DNA from: the human T2T-CHM13v2.0 reference genome, Homo sapiens | Reading direction: 5' to 3' (one strand) | Length of the DNA: 64,000 bases | NCBI RefSeq assembly: GCF_009914755.1 | Contig: NC_060930.1 | Shown here: positions 42,726 to 57,129 of the stretch, one piece after another | Position numbering within the stretch: the stretch's first letter is position 1 | Layout: every line of letters begins with the position of its first letter | Translations under genes and position numbers: made by a program | The notes under the pieces: model-generated | What the model was told of the DNA's origin: nothing | What the model saw: the letters and a program-made list of their open reading frames with translations, nothing else | Databases searched by the model: none

Positions 42726-43809
42726 ATGAGCCTAAGAAATGCAGAACATTGAAAAGCATGGTGAGAGTTATGGAGGATAGAGTGATAGGTCCAACACACA
42801 TTTAATTAGAGTTCCAGAAGGAGAGGAATTCACTAGTTGAGTATTTGAAAGACATCAGTTTTCAGACTTAGAAAATATAATGAACCTTGGCCAAATACAT
42901 AGATAATTCAAACATCCACATCTGTGAACATGGCAGAGCTCAGGCAGTCAATCAGAAGTCCTGCAATCACAGCCATCTATTTACCTTAGTTTTTAAAATT
43001 CCTGATCTTGCATACTTTTTGTGTATCTTTTATGAACTGAATATCAATGCTGCCTATGGATTACCAAAGAGAATCCAAAGACAGAACTTAAAAACTAAGA
43101 AGTAACATTTTGTTGGGAAGCATTGAGCTTTAGAGGACCACAAACCATGGTAGTAACTAATATTTTTGCTGCTACCCCTAGAACCACATTTTTGCCCCTT
43201 GGGATTGATATCATGCAGGCTCTATGGTGTAAATCATGGTGTGATGCTGCCTATGGAGGAATATGGACCACAGGTGCCAGCAGGAAGGAGAGAAAGCCTT
43301 AGTTAGATAATGAATTATTTGCACACATTGTTACTTCTACAAAATGCGCTGTTGCTAGTTGTTTCCCAATCTGCACTCTCATATGCAACACCTCCCTAAG
43401 CAAGGACGTTCTCAGTCTTCTTGGTGAACTGTGCCAGCTTCCAAAGGGGAAAAGCCATTGGCTCTGCCACACCATTGGGTTCACGGGGGAATATCTCCAG
43501 GCTTACATCTGCACTCAGGGAACCCAGCAAGCTTTCTGATGGAGTTGCCGTCATTGAGGGGATATGTTAGAGCTGCTAGCTCCATCCAGGCACACGTTAG
43601 AAAATGAGCATAAACTGGTGCTTCCCTAGGCTTCTCCTGTTCTTGGCAGCAAAAAAATACCAATCTCAGAAATCCTCCTTCTGTTTCCCCTCAAGTGTCC
43701 TCCATGACAGGACTATGACTCTACTCGGAAACTATGGACCCTCTAGACTAACACGGCACAGGAAGATTTCCTGCAGGAAACCCAAGAGGCTGAGTACTGC
43801 ACCAATCAT

Positions 43810-44135
43810 TTCCTCACTCACCTACTCCTCCCTCCCTCTCGCCCCACTCACTCCTCACTCCTCCCTCACTCACTCCTCACTCCTCCCTCACTCACTCCTC
43901 CCTCCCTCCCTCCTCCCTCCCTCACTCCTCACTCCTCCCTCACTCCTCCCTCCCTCCTCCCTCCCTCACTCCTCACTCCTCCATCCCTCACTCCTCACTC
44001 CTCCCTCCCTCACTCCTCACTCCCTCCCTCCTCCCTCCCTCACTCCTCCCTCACTCTTCACTCCTCCCTCCCTCACTCCTCACTCACTCCTCACTCCTCC
44101 CTCACTCCTCACTGACTTCTCCCTCACTCCTCCCT
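43810..44135 (+). repeat. C/T-rich low-complexity repeat (CCTCACT/CCTC units)
   Basis: Direct reading; almost no G on this strand. Confidence 0.95.
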
Positions 44136-47094
44136 CATCCTGTGTGACTTTAGCTGAATGTCATTTAGAGTCATTTAGACAGAAGCCAGGGTCTCTGTGT
44201 TGTCATCATGCAAGTAAAAAGTCACCCCCAGACTTTCCCCACGTGCGGAGCCTGCTGTTTCTCTCTTTCCCACTTGATGGCAGCAATCACTGGAAAGACC
44301 ACACCGCGGAGGAAGACAGGAAGGTGGCCTGACCCTGTCAATAGCATTTACTTTTTTAAGATGGAAAGTGTTAGCTAGATGGTCAAGAGAGAGAAGGATG
44401 ACAAACAATAAATCACTGTCTTCCGCGACAGTGGCTTTAGCTGTTTAGCTCATGCCTTAAATCCTCAATTTTTTGTCCTCCTGAGTATGTGTGGACCTCA
44501 TTAGAAGCTGCTGAGTTTGTCAGCACCGACTGACCCTCTGCTTATGACAAAAACATTACCGCCAGAGTTACAAGTCATTCTTCCTCCTCTAGGCAGGTAG
44601 AGAAAGCCCCCATTGTGCCCCTACGTTTCTCAGTGGATCTCAAGTAGGCGCAAAGACGTTCCTGCCTTTACCTGAGAAATCACAGCGTTAGAAAGGTGAA
44701 GGACAGAACAGGCTCCCGGTGAGAGGGTTAAAGGAACAGATACTGGTACGGGTGGCCATATAAGGCCATTAGGTCTCTATCGCTTTATACAGAGCTCCTT
44801 CTGGAAGCGAAGAGCTGTTCTAACTTTCAAGTTACAAAAGAAACAAAGGCTGTAATTTCTGTATTACTAAAGGGATCCCTACTGCGGTTCCAACGCAGGA
44901 CAGGTCTGAGCAGTATTTTAGGTTTTCTCATTATCCCCTGCCCAGGTTAGTCTCCACTCTCTCAAATTCTACAAGATAACAAATGATTTTTCCCACAACC
45001 TTACAACCTAGTAGACTGCCTTTTTGAAACTGAAAGATCTTGAACATTTTGTGAGATTGGTGGTTGAAGCCCGTGGAGAGGATTTTGAGCCCTCTGTGCA
45101 TTCTGATCACGTTGTCACCCATTGCGTTCCTTAAAGGGTTGGAATTTCTGTCCAGTGTTGCAGGTTTTTCAAAGGGCCTTTCCAAACATCTGGAAAGTAG
45201 CTTTCATTTATGTCAATTCTACATGTAAATGATATCATTCTGTATTTGCATCTCATTTGGGATTTGCTGGCTCATGTAATGGTTAAGTTCATGTAACTGA
45301 TAAGCTTCAGAAGTGGATTGGTCTGAGGCTCAGGTGCCACCAGGGCCCAGGCGTTCTTTGTCACTCAGCCCTGTTACCATTTCCCTGCATTTGGGGGTGA
45401 GTTGTCGCCAGCTGTCCCCAAGTGGTTGCTGCTACAGAGTCAGATCTCCCAGCCTCCCAGGTTCAGCCAGGGAGAACCAGCCCCTCAGCGTCCTGGAAAC
45501 CTCATGGTAACCTCACCAGGGTCTCTGATGGGGCCCTTGTCCAGCCTGGAACACTGGCTGCAACCTGACCTCAAGAGGATGCTGCCTGTCCCTGCCACCA
45601 GGGGACTAGATGGCTGCAGGTCCTGGTCACAGTCCTACTCCAGGCTGCCGTAGGAGACTAGAATGAGGGATCTTGGTGGGAGTGCAGTGTTGTCGTTATT
45701 GTTATTCTTGTTCCTCCCTATTTTTCTTTCTTCTTCGTTGACTGGAAATAAAATTCAAGGCATCTGTAATGTAATTCTAGGCTAGTTAATAAGAGGTCAC
45801 ATAGCTGAAACAGTAGTTATAGCATGTCTCATCTCCGTTCTAGGCAACAAAAGCCATGACCCTTATTCCTGGTTATTAATAACCTTCGTGATCACCCCCA
45901 TAATCACAAACTCTGAATGGGGTTTCTTGCCCTTGTATGGAGAAAACACCTTGGACTTTTTTTTTTTTTATGTGATGAAGTTTTGCAGCTTCCAGTATTC
46001 ACCCATCGGAAGTCCTAGTAAAACTCGATTCTCCCCCCACTGACCGGACATGATCCAAGCATAAAATATCCATGAGGCAGGTGAAGAAGGAAAAAGTATT
46101 TATACATGTTCTGAACCGAAGCTGCTGGACTTTTGCCCACAGAAATTTTCAGTTCCAAAGAAAATTCCAGTGGTAACTTCTTGGTACCGCTGGGATGTGA
46201 TGGAGGGAGATGGGAGTTGAAGGTGCAAAGCAGGAGCCTTCCTGGACCATGAGGTGAGAGTTCGGGTGACACAGGAGGAGGTCATGGACAACAGTCCACA
46301 AGGGACCTCTCCAGAGAAGGCTGGACTCCCCCCTCTTCATTCCCCAGCACTCTCTGACCAAAGTGGACATGGCCACAGAGAATCCACTCGCCTTCCACAT
46401 CAGACCACAGCAGGGCTGCTCCGCCCAGTGCCCTCAGTGGCAAGAAAAGCCAAGGGAATGCCGAGCCTGGCCACCATGTGTGAGCCCTGTGACTGTCCGT
46501 CCTTACCAGAAGGTGTCATGGCAGCTGGCATGCTGGAGGTATGGCAGCCTCCCCAAGGCATGGGTGCATGCGCTCTCCTTGGACTTCCGGCTGTGTTGTC
46601 CCTTCTGCAGGGCTTAGAGCTCCATGTTTGTGTTCCCAGCTCCTCTGTCCCCTGTGAGTGGCCGTGTCTCCCTCCCCGGCCCTGACCCATCATCACCTTT
46701 GCTGCTCAGCAGCCCACTTCGAAGCATTTCTCTCAGCCTCTTGTACTGGGAGTGTCATGCCTCACCCTCCCCAGGAATAGTCGGGAGAATTACACTGTTG
46801 TCTCCATCAAGTTAAAAGGGTCTTGGGCAATCATTCTGTCCAAGGGAAGGCTGACCATGAACTTGAGAGGAATCGAGGCATTGAGCAGGGAGTTCTAGAA
46901 AGTATGTGGCTCCCTCAGCTCCTACTCGCTCCAGCCTTTCTGACCCATGCAAGCACTGGCACTGCACGACCTCCTCTTCTCGTTGTTCTGGGATGGTCTC
47001 ACGTTCACACCTGCTGTCTCCCCAGGTAGGATTTAAGCTTTTATGGGGTGGAATAGACAGATGCATGAAAGGAGTTGATGTTTTCATTTCTTTA

Positions 47095-47320
47095 ACTCCA
47101 TTTTGAAATAGTTACACATTTACAAAAAGTTGCAAAAATTATATAAAGCATTCCCATGTATCCTTCACCCAGCCTCCTGAAATAATACATAACCACAGCG
47201 CAGTTATCAAAATCAGGAAATAAGCATCGCTACAGCAATTTTAATGACTGTATAGTCACTCTTCAGATTTTGCCCCTCGCCCTGCGAATGCCCTTTTTTT
47301 GGTCCACATTAAATTTAGTT
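47095..47320 (-). mobile_element. L1MC-like 3' fragment
   Basis: ttttgaaatagttacacatttacaaaaagttgcaaaaat...ttcccatgtatccttcacccag. Confidence 0.6.
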
Positions 47321-47339
47321 GCTTGGCTTTCCTAGAAAA

Positions 47340-47620
47340 GTTGCTGTCTTGACCACTTACTATGTGTTAAGCACTCTCCTAAGTTAGGCTGTTTTCATGC
47401 TTCTCATTTTGTTCTCACAGTCTTGTTAGTTAGGCTTCTATTTATTGTCGACATTTAACCAGAATGTGAATATAGTTTAAGATAGCTATAATGGCTAGAA
47501 TGAGGCTCAGAGAAGTTAATTAATTTGACGGAGGAAACACAGCCAGTAAACAGCAGCACTAGCCTTTGAAGCAGATATGTCTGCTTGGGAGGGAGGCTGA
47601 ACTTCTCACTCATGCATCTA
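47340..47620 (-). mobile_element. MIR
   Basis: tgaggctcagagaagttaattaatttgacggaggaaacacagccagtaa. Confidence 0.65.
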
Positions 47621-48224
47621 CACAGCCGGGCAGCTAGGCCTCTGGTCACCCCATCCCACATTCCTAATGCCTTTCCTTTCCTGTATACCCACATATTCGT
47701 ATATTCTCAAGTGTCTAGCACCCTGCTAAATATATAGCAGGAGTTCAATAAAGGTTTTGAGTGGGATTGAACGGTCCAGGTATTTGATAGAACTTAAGTA
47801 GGGTTTGAATCGCAACAACATTAGTGCCATTTTTTTTTTTTTTTTTAGCTTTTGGCTTCCAAGATGGTGTCATGTTAGCTCTTTGAATTTATTTCTCAGT
47901 AATGAACACATGGTGCTTAGTTGACCCATTCATTGCTTTCAGGTCAAAGTTGGCAATGAAGATTCTTTATCTGTGGCTGGAACTCTCTTGGTGCAGACCA
48001 AGTGATGTGTTCATGGCCCTGGGCACCTTGTCTCCCCTCGTTGCTCCTCCTGGCATGTCCATCAAGGACCAACTGTGCATTTGCAGCACTTCCTGGATGA
48101 CTAAAGTTTCAAAAGAGTGCTCTAAGAATAAAATACGGCTTGACTGGGTGTTTGTTCAATATGACAGCTGATTTAGGAACTACATTCCCAAAGAGTGCTT
48201 TCCGAAGGAGAGCCGTCTCTGGAG

Positions 48225-48720
48225 GAATATCATATGTCTGTCCTGTGACATGGTGGCAGGTTTTTCAGTGATTTGGTGAAGCCCGAGAAGATGTGTTGAT
48301 CCAATCTGCAGATGACAAATTTATGAGACAGCGCTAACGCAAAAAATGACAGACTGAAACTACAGAAGGCCTCGACAGGCCAGAACACTTGGCTGAAACC
48401 ACAAGATGAAATTAAACAGAGATATAAGTCAAGGCCTGCATTCAGGCTCCAAAAAATCAATTGAACAAGTGGTGGAGAGGGAAAACCTAGATTTATAGCC
48501 CTTCGTGTGCAAAAGATGTGGGAGGGAGTTTTAATAGACCACAAACTCAACGGGGAGCCAAGAGTAGTTCTGGCTCCTGGAGAAGGACCACAACCCTGTA
48601 CTACATATCCCGAGGAAGAGCACATGAAGAAGATAAGCAGTCTTCCCACCGAGCATGGGGCTGGCCACATAGCACCTTGAGGATTCTTCTCAATTCAGAG
48701 GGTCACCTTTTAGGATGGAA
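48225..48720 (+). mobile_element. L3/CR1 LINE remnant (RT 3' region)
   Basis: tgatccaatctgcagatgacaaa (SADD, from FADD), ggctgaaaccacaagatgaaattaaacagaga, ttttaatagaccacaaactcaa follow the CR1/L3 consensus order. Confidence 0.75.
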
Positions 48721-48871
48721 ACTTAGAAAATGCATATAAATATGTGTTCATATTGTGTTATAATATTATGTGATAATATTATTTATAGTATATTTGTTCA
48801 AAGCTGCAAGCTGTCCTAAAACTGATACCACAAGAAATAAAAACCTTTCAAGAGGTCCTCATTAGCCAGAG

Positions 48872-49031
48872 CAGTGGCTCTCAACCTGGGGTAAGTATTA
48901 GAAACCCATGGAGCTTTAAATATTTCATATCCTACAATGACTGATTCAGTAGGTTTGGGTAGAATCTGATGTCTGCATCTTCAAAAGCTTTTTAGGTAGT
49001 TCTGATAAATAGCCAGGACTGAGAGCCACTG
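48872..49031. mobile_element. MER5A-like hAT-Charlie element
   Basis: Perfect 12-bp terminal inverted repeats cagtggctctca / tgagagccactg; internal ctgattcagtaggt. Confidence 0.85.
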
Positions 49032-49120
49032 GCCTAAGGAACACAGTCTGAGCTACTCAGCCTGGCTCAGTACAGGTTTGCCTCTCAACCATCCTTCCTA
49101 CCTAATATCCACTGTCCTCT

Positions 49121-49583
49121 TGTTGAGGGTTGAATTTTGTCCCTGTAAAAGATATGTTAAACTCCTAACTGCAGTACTTGAGAATGCAAGTTTATTTGGA
49201 AATAGGGTCTTTGCAGATGTGAGGATGAGGTCATACTCCATCAGGGCGGGCTCCACTCTGATACATCTGGTACAACAGGTGTCCTTATAAGAAGAGGAGA
49301 CAGACATGAGGAGAAGGCCATGGAGATACAGAGACACAGATGCAGAGGACGGCCACCCTGTGAAGACGTGGGCAGAGAAACCTCAAGCCAAGGACTGCCC
49401 ATGGCCACCAGAAGCTGGGAGAGGTGAGGAAGGATCCTCCGTGGTGGCTTTGGAGAGAACGCAGCCCTGCCCACACCTCAATCTCAGACTTCTGGCCTCC
49501 ACAACTGAGAGGGAACATGTTTCTGTTGCTTTAAGCCACCTGGCTGTGGCCCTTTGTCACAGCAGCCCTGGGAAATGAATCAC
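49121..49583 (+). mobile_element. MLT1B/C-like solo LTR
   Basis: tgttgagggttgaattttgtccc...ggaaatagggtctttgcagatg...tttgtcacagcagccctgggaaatgaat; TSD cctct on both sides. Confidence 0.85.
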
Positions 49584-50346
49584 CCTCTTCACAAAGTCCT
49601 CACTCCATAAGACAAAGGCCTTCCTTATCCCTTTCCCTGTCCTGGCCTTTGCCACAGTCCTCTCAGACTTGCCAAGCCTGCACGTGCCCAAGTCCTGACC
49701 CCACCCCTAGTTCCTGCTCTCATGTGTGTCTTTCCTGAATTACCAAAACCTCCTGTTCCCATGGGTCACTAGAATGTTGCCTGTGAGGGCCTCGGCATCC
49801 TCAGCACTTTCATTCCGGGCTCCCCAGTCCTGTCAATGGTGGAGATGATGAATTGTCCACCAGAGCCATCCTCCCCTGGTCCTGGCTTCTGGACACACAA
49901 GCAGATTGCACAATCCCACCTCCAGGGATTTGACTAAGTTTCTGCCACAGAAACAGAAACAAGCATGGTGTGCACCATGCCCAGGCCTCTGCACCCACTG
50001 GCTGGATCCGACTCTCCCAGCTGAGCCTTGATATGGTAGAGACCCAGCTTCAACTGCAGAAGCAAAGGCCACATCCTGCCCGGGCCGTGGTGAGAACAGG
50101 ACGGGAAGGAACTGGGCTTTGATAACCCTCTGGTGCACAGCCCAGCGCCCACCCAAACACCTCCCAGACCAGCACTGCATCTTCCTGGAGTTGTCATCTT
50201 GTTGGGACTCTGTCGAAGCCGTTTCACCTTGTCCCAGCTAATACAACACAGATCTTGTCGTCCTACTAAACTGTGAGATATTGAGGACAGCTTCCATGAC
50301 TGTCATTTTAGTAACTGAAACACCTAGCACACTGCTTTATATGTAA

Positions 50347-50976
<630 letters not shown>

Positions 50977-51869
50977 TCAGTAAATATTTTAAGTGCCTGG
51001 AAAATCATGAGAATCCTTATAGAGGAGACAGCTAACAACAGATTTCATGGCCATCTTGAGGCACTCAACAGTCTGTTGGGCAAAAATATGGGCAATTCTT
51101 GTGGTTGTAGAACTGAAAAAAATATGGAAAAGCAAACGGAACTTCCTGGTGTCCAAGCACTAAACAAACTGCCTGGAGAAAAGGTGAACCTGCAGTGTTT
51201 GGAAGTGCTTTGGTGGAAACAGTGGCCACGTGGCTAGGGTCCTGGCAGTGGAGTTTAGAGGAGAGTTTCTAAATGATCACAGAAATTGGGGAGGCCCTTG
51301 TGTGTAGACTGTCTTTAAAGACTTGAGGCTGGATGAAACACCTGGGGAGGGATGCCACACAGGGAAAAAGAATTGGGGAAGAAATGACCTGAGGACAGTC
51401 TGGGAGTGGGCACCATCCAGTATTTGGGGGTGGGGGAGATAGGGAGGGTCCCAGGGAGGAGAATGAGAGGGTCCTGAGCTGCAGGTGCCCCCAGGGAGTG
51501 AGGTCCCTGGAGGGGAAGGGATGGCTGTGGCACACTGCTGAGGGGTGAGGATTGGATGTGAGCATGTGCTGATCTAGGCAGGAACTGTTTCAATGATGGG
51601 ATCATGGCAGGGGAGTGAGAAGGACCAGACCCGCCCCCCAGCCCCCCCACCTCCAGGCTTCTTGCTTTGCTTCCTGCCCTGGAGTGACCTGTTCATCTTG
51701 GAGTTCCGACGTGTCCTCTGGGAATCCTGGCACACACTGTAGGTGAGCTCAGGATGTGCCTGTGGGTGCCTTTTCTCCCCCAATGAGATGCAGGATAATG
51801 GCTTTCTGGTACATCCCCAGAAGCCTCACAGTAGCTACTGGAGGGCTTCATTTCCAGAAATGCTGTGCT

Positions 51870-53130
51870 CTCCTCCAGCTGCTTAGGCTAAAACCTTGGA
51901 GTCTTCCTTAACTCCTACCTCTCACCTCATGTCCACCCAGGAGTAGAACCTGCGGGCTCTACCACCATCAGGTGCCCCGTGCGGTCCTTTGCCGACCACT
52001 CCCGTTAGCCCCTGTAACCCACCCCCTTGTACAAGCTGCCTCCCACATCGTGGCAAGGGCTCCCCTCTGTCTCCCCCTCCTACCTTGCGCTGGGGAGGCT
52101 CTAGTCCCCCTCCACCCCCCATGAGTTGCCATCTGCCAGAAATGGGAGTCCAGTCTTCTTACTGCTGTGCCCAGATCCCCCCGCTGCCTCCCATCTCCTT
52201 CACAGCGATAAACTAAGCTCTCACTGTTTTTACACTGAGAAGGTGGCTGCAGTAGATTCTGTAGCAACTTCTAGGACACCAGAGCTCTGCCTGAACCAGA
52301 GTAGGAGCTCCTGACTGCCTGGAAATGAACCGCACAACGCAGCACCTGGTATAGCCTGGTGAGCGAGCACAGCCTCGGGTCATGGTGCCAAGGTGCCAGG
52401 CACCACCCTTTAGGTCTCGAAGTCCATATTGGAACTCCAAGATGAACAGGCCACTCCAGGGCACAGAGCAAAGCACGAAACCTGGAGATTGGGGATCTCT
52501 TCCTCGTCACTCCCGTGCTGTGATCCCACCATCAAAACAGCTCCTGTGGAGATCAGCATGTGGTCAAATCCAATCCTCACCCCTCAGCCTTGTGCCACAG
52601 CTGTCCCTTACATCCTGGGAATCCCATACCCTGAGGGCATCTACACCTCAGGATGCTCTCATTCTCCTCCCTGGGACCCTCCCAACCTCCCCACCCCTAA
52701 ACACTGGACGGCACCCACTCCCAGACTCAGCCCTCAGGTCATTCCTCTCCATTCTTTGTCTCCATGTGGCATGGTAGGTCTGGAAGGCCTCCCAGGACCT
52801 GGCTGCTGCCTCCTCCCTGCTCCATCCCAGCGCACTGCCTTCCTCACTCGGCCAAGTGCTGTCCCTACGGCAGCCTCAGGGTCTCTGCATTTCCAGAAGG
52901 TTCTTCCTCCAGATGTCTGTGTGCATCATTCCCCCATTTCTTTGGGTCTCTTCTCAAAAGTCATCTGATCCAAAGGCCTTCGGGGACCCCATCAAGGCCT
53001 CCCGGCAGCTCCTGCCTTCACTCGTTGGTTTTGTCTTTTTCCCCACAGAGGCAATGTGAGTTCCATGGGGACAGGGGCTTTGTTCATTTGTGCATCTTTC
53101 CCTGGCATCCAGAAGAGTGTCTGGCATAAC
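51870..53130 (+). mobile_element. L2 remnant interrupted at 52224-52772
   Basis: gcttaggctaaaaccttggagtcttccttaactcc...ctcccatctcc | ggaaggcctcccaggacctggc...gtgagttccatggggacagggg. Confidence 0.6.
52224..52772. other. Composite inverted duplication (copies of 53666-53861 and 51352-51707)
   Basis: 52224-52418 is the reverse complement of 53666-53861; 52431-52772 is the reverse complement of 51352-51707. Confidence 0.92.
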
Positions 53131-53231
53131 AATGAGACGAGCAACTTTTGTGGTACGAATGCAAGCATACTAGTTAATTTGGGGGATGATCCTCATTCAG
53201 TAATTGCCAGAATCTAGGTATTTTATTGTTG

Positions 53232-53314
53232 AAAGATACTTCCGGTATCAACTTAAAGAAAAGATACTTCTGGTAGCAACTTAAAAGATACTTCTGGTAG
53301 CAAGTTAAAGAAAA
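53232..53314 (+). repeat. Three tandem copies of a ~25-28 bp unit
   Basis: aaagatactt(c/t)ggta(t/g)caa(c/g)ttaaa x3. Confidence 0.9.
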
Positions 53315-54196
53315 ACTGTTGAGATCATGGTACTCTTTCCCACACTTTGACTAGAGTTGACATTTAATAATGATCAGAGCCATCACACTAATATTCAGCC
53401 ATCGTTTTCACATATTCCATGAATATTGACTGAGAGTCACTGGGCCAGAGGATGGGCTAGGGGCTGGGATGTACAGTGGTGAATGGAGACTGTCACTGCA
53501 TCTACCTTCCTTGGCTTCCAGGCTAGTGGCAGAGAGATGTTTTGCAAAAATCACAAAAATACGCTTATAATTACACATTCAGGTGAGTGCTATGCAGGAG
53601 CAGCACAGGCATGCTGAACGACTGACTGAACATGGAATCCTTTCTAAAGAAGTCACATTCAATCTGAGCCCTAAAGGGTGGTACCTGGGGCCTTGGCACC
53701 CGTGACCCAAAGCTGTGTGCGCTGGCCGGGCTGTACCAGGTGCTGCGTCCTGTGGTTCATTCCTGGGCTGTCAGGAGCTCCTACCCTGGCTAAGGCAGAG
53801 CTCTGCTCTCCTGGGAGTTGCTACAGAATCAACTGCAGCCACCTTCTTGGTGTAAAAATAGCATCTCCCTCTGCTTACGGAGTTGGGTTGCTCAGCAACC
53901 TGTTTTTTCCCTTTTCTTTTTGAATCTCCCCATACACTGATTTTCACTGGCCCTTCAGAGATCCACTGGGGAGGGCTGATTGGCCAGGGCTATCTGATGG
54001 GTCCTGCTGCCAGGAGCCAAGGAGGCCATGAGGCCACGGGAGGCAAGCAGGACTCCCACAGGTTCGCTGGTGCCCTGCAGCCCCTTGCCCTGTGAGGGTG
54101 ATGGGGGCTGAAAGAGAGGGGCAGGGAGATGTGCTCTCTGTCCTAGAGACACGTGGAGGTCTGTCCAGTCAGATCATTCAAAAATAAAGACATCTG

Positions 54197-54679
<483 letters not shown>

Positions 54680-55527
54680 TTATAATTGGTTGGTAACAGA
54701 AAAAGGATTACAGGACAAATCAGAGACAAAGTTTACTTCCCCCTTCTAGGCTCCAGCTCGAGGCCAAATTCAATAATCAATCTATAAAGGATAACTGCAG
54801 CCTTCATATCTATCCAACATACTCTCATAGTTCCTGCATGCCACTGTGACAATTACACAGCAAAATATACGATGTTCCCTGAACTAACCAGACTAATGAT
54901 AACAGGCCCCTGACTGAAGCCAGGAGCAAGTTTGTGTTTAAAACCAGACCTGGGCACTCTCTTAATGAGCGAAAGGCCCAGTTGTAGGTCACGGTCATGT
55001 GCACAGCCAATAATAGGAGAGGGAGAGCCCAGGCTGCGTGGGATGAAGCACTGTAGACAGCAGCACGTTCCACCTCGGCCTCCACGTGGACTCATCCACC
55101 GAATTCTCCACCAACAGGCTTTGATGATTCCGCAGCGAAACATTCACCCACTTGGAAGCCCCTCATCTATCAGGACCTGGCCCTGTTTCTGTGGCGTCTC
55201 CAGCTCCTGGCTCGATGCCCAGCAGGAACTCTGTGCTCCCCCAAGGCTAGCTAAACAAATGAACCTCCACACCACATGGCAAAAAGGGGCACTTCTCCTG
55301 TTATGCCCAGCTCCACACCAGGTATGTCTTCAATTCACTTTCTAGAGTTATTCACCTAAAGTATTAAAAATGACCATTCTCTCCTCTGTTTTAAAACAGC
55401 CGGTGGCTCCTGCGGCACAGAGAACAAAGCCCAGGTCCTCATCAGGGCTCCGGGTCTCACGTGGGCTGCCTCCACCTCCCCTGCCTCTCATCTGGCTGCT
55501 CAGCCCTTATTACAAAATGCCCCGCAT

Positions 55528-55858
<331 letters not shown>

Positions 55859-56593
55859 TTATTTGTCCCCATGACTAAGCCCAGCCCTGTCACATAAAAT
55901 TATCCAACAGACATTAGCTGATCTGATATGCACGGTTGAGGTCAGAGTATCCAGATATATTTATTCATTCCATTGTCCAAGTTGCTTTTCAAACAGTCCC
56001 AGTCCATTATTAACTACTGATCACCTTTGTTCTTACCTCATTTGTGTGAGCTGTAGGAAATCATGGTCAACAATTATTTCCAAATTGAATAAAAACAAAG
56101 ACAAATTTTGTATATGTATATGCAATCTATACCTAGGACTGCATGGATCACATATGCAGATTAGATTTCTGTCTGACAAGCTCATGGTCTTCTCGGAATC
56201 TTTGTTCAGAAAAGCCCACCCCATATTGACTGACTGCACGTCCACTCCTCTGGCCACAGCCCTTGTTTCTCAGAGATCTGCAAACAGATGCCATGATTTG
56301 AACCTTTGCTTCCTCGGCTGGATTTGTGTGATGCAAAAATGAGCAAGCGGCAAGCCGGCTGCCGAGCTGTGAGTGTTTTACTTTGATCGGTGTTTCTGGA
56401 TTCAAGGTCAAATGATCAGCTGACTGTTTTTTATCCCAATTGGTGGGTTGCTTTTGGCATCACATGACATGCATAGGTGGTGCACCCCTGAAATACTTCC
56501 TCTCTTTTCTCTTGCTTGATATGGTGTGAATTCCCAATACTCCCTCACAGAACTGGCTCTCTTCGGCATTCCTTATTTCAAAGAATAGTTATC

Positions 56594-57023
56594 TGTGGCA
56601 GCACTGGCTCACTGACACTGGAATTTGTGAGCCCCATCTAGAGAAGGAAGTTCTAGGAAGTGGCTACCCACCAGCAATGATATTTCCTCGCCATCCTTCC
56701 CATTCCAGGTGTGGCGCACGGGCTGTTCTTGCCAGTGGAATGTCAGTGGAGGTATCAGCATTGTTTCTGGGCCAAGACTGAAGGGCAGATATGTCTTCTC
56801 CACACTCATCATCCTTCCACAGTCTGGACACAGGTAACAGTGAGTCCCTGGAGAAGGCAAGGCTGCAGAAGAAAAGGTCCTGGGTACGTGAAGGAAAGCT
56901 GCCCAGACCAGGAACACACATTTTATACTGTTAAGTGAACCAGAAATAACTTCTGTTGTGTTTGAGCCTTTTATATGTGGCCTATTTGTTACAGCAGCCG
57001 GCATTACTGTTACTAACACTACA
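56594..57023 (+). mobile_element. Old MLT1 (J/K-like) LTR
   Basis: cagaaataacttctgttgtgtttgagcc...atttgttacagcagcc...ctaacactaca. Confidence 0.6.
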
Positions 57024-57129
57024 AATTGAGCAAGATAGAAACACAGAAGTCATTCCTGACACTTTTTTCCTCATCTCCTACATTTAACTCTTTGTCAAGT
57101 CCTGTTGCTTTACTTCCTAATTAAAATTG

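Noticed and set aside
43604-44332. 242-aa ORF
   Set aside because: Open because of the stop-free C/T low-complexity tract
48230-48670. 146-aa minus-strand ORF with a signal-peptide-like start
   Set aside because: It is antisense to an L3/CR1 RT remnant; no evidence of a real gene
53232-53314. CRISPR-like short direct repeats
   Set aside because: No spacers, eukaryotic context; simple tandem duplication
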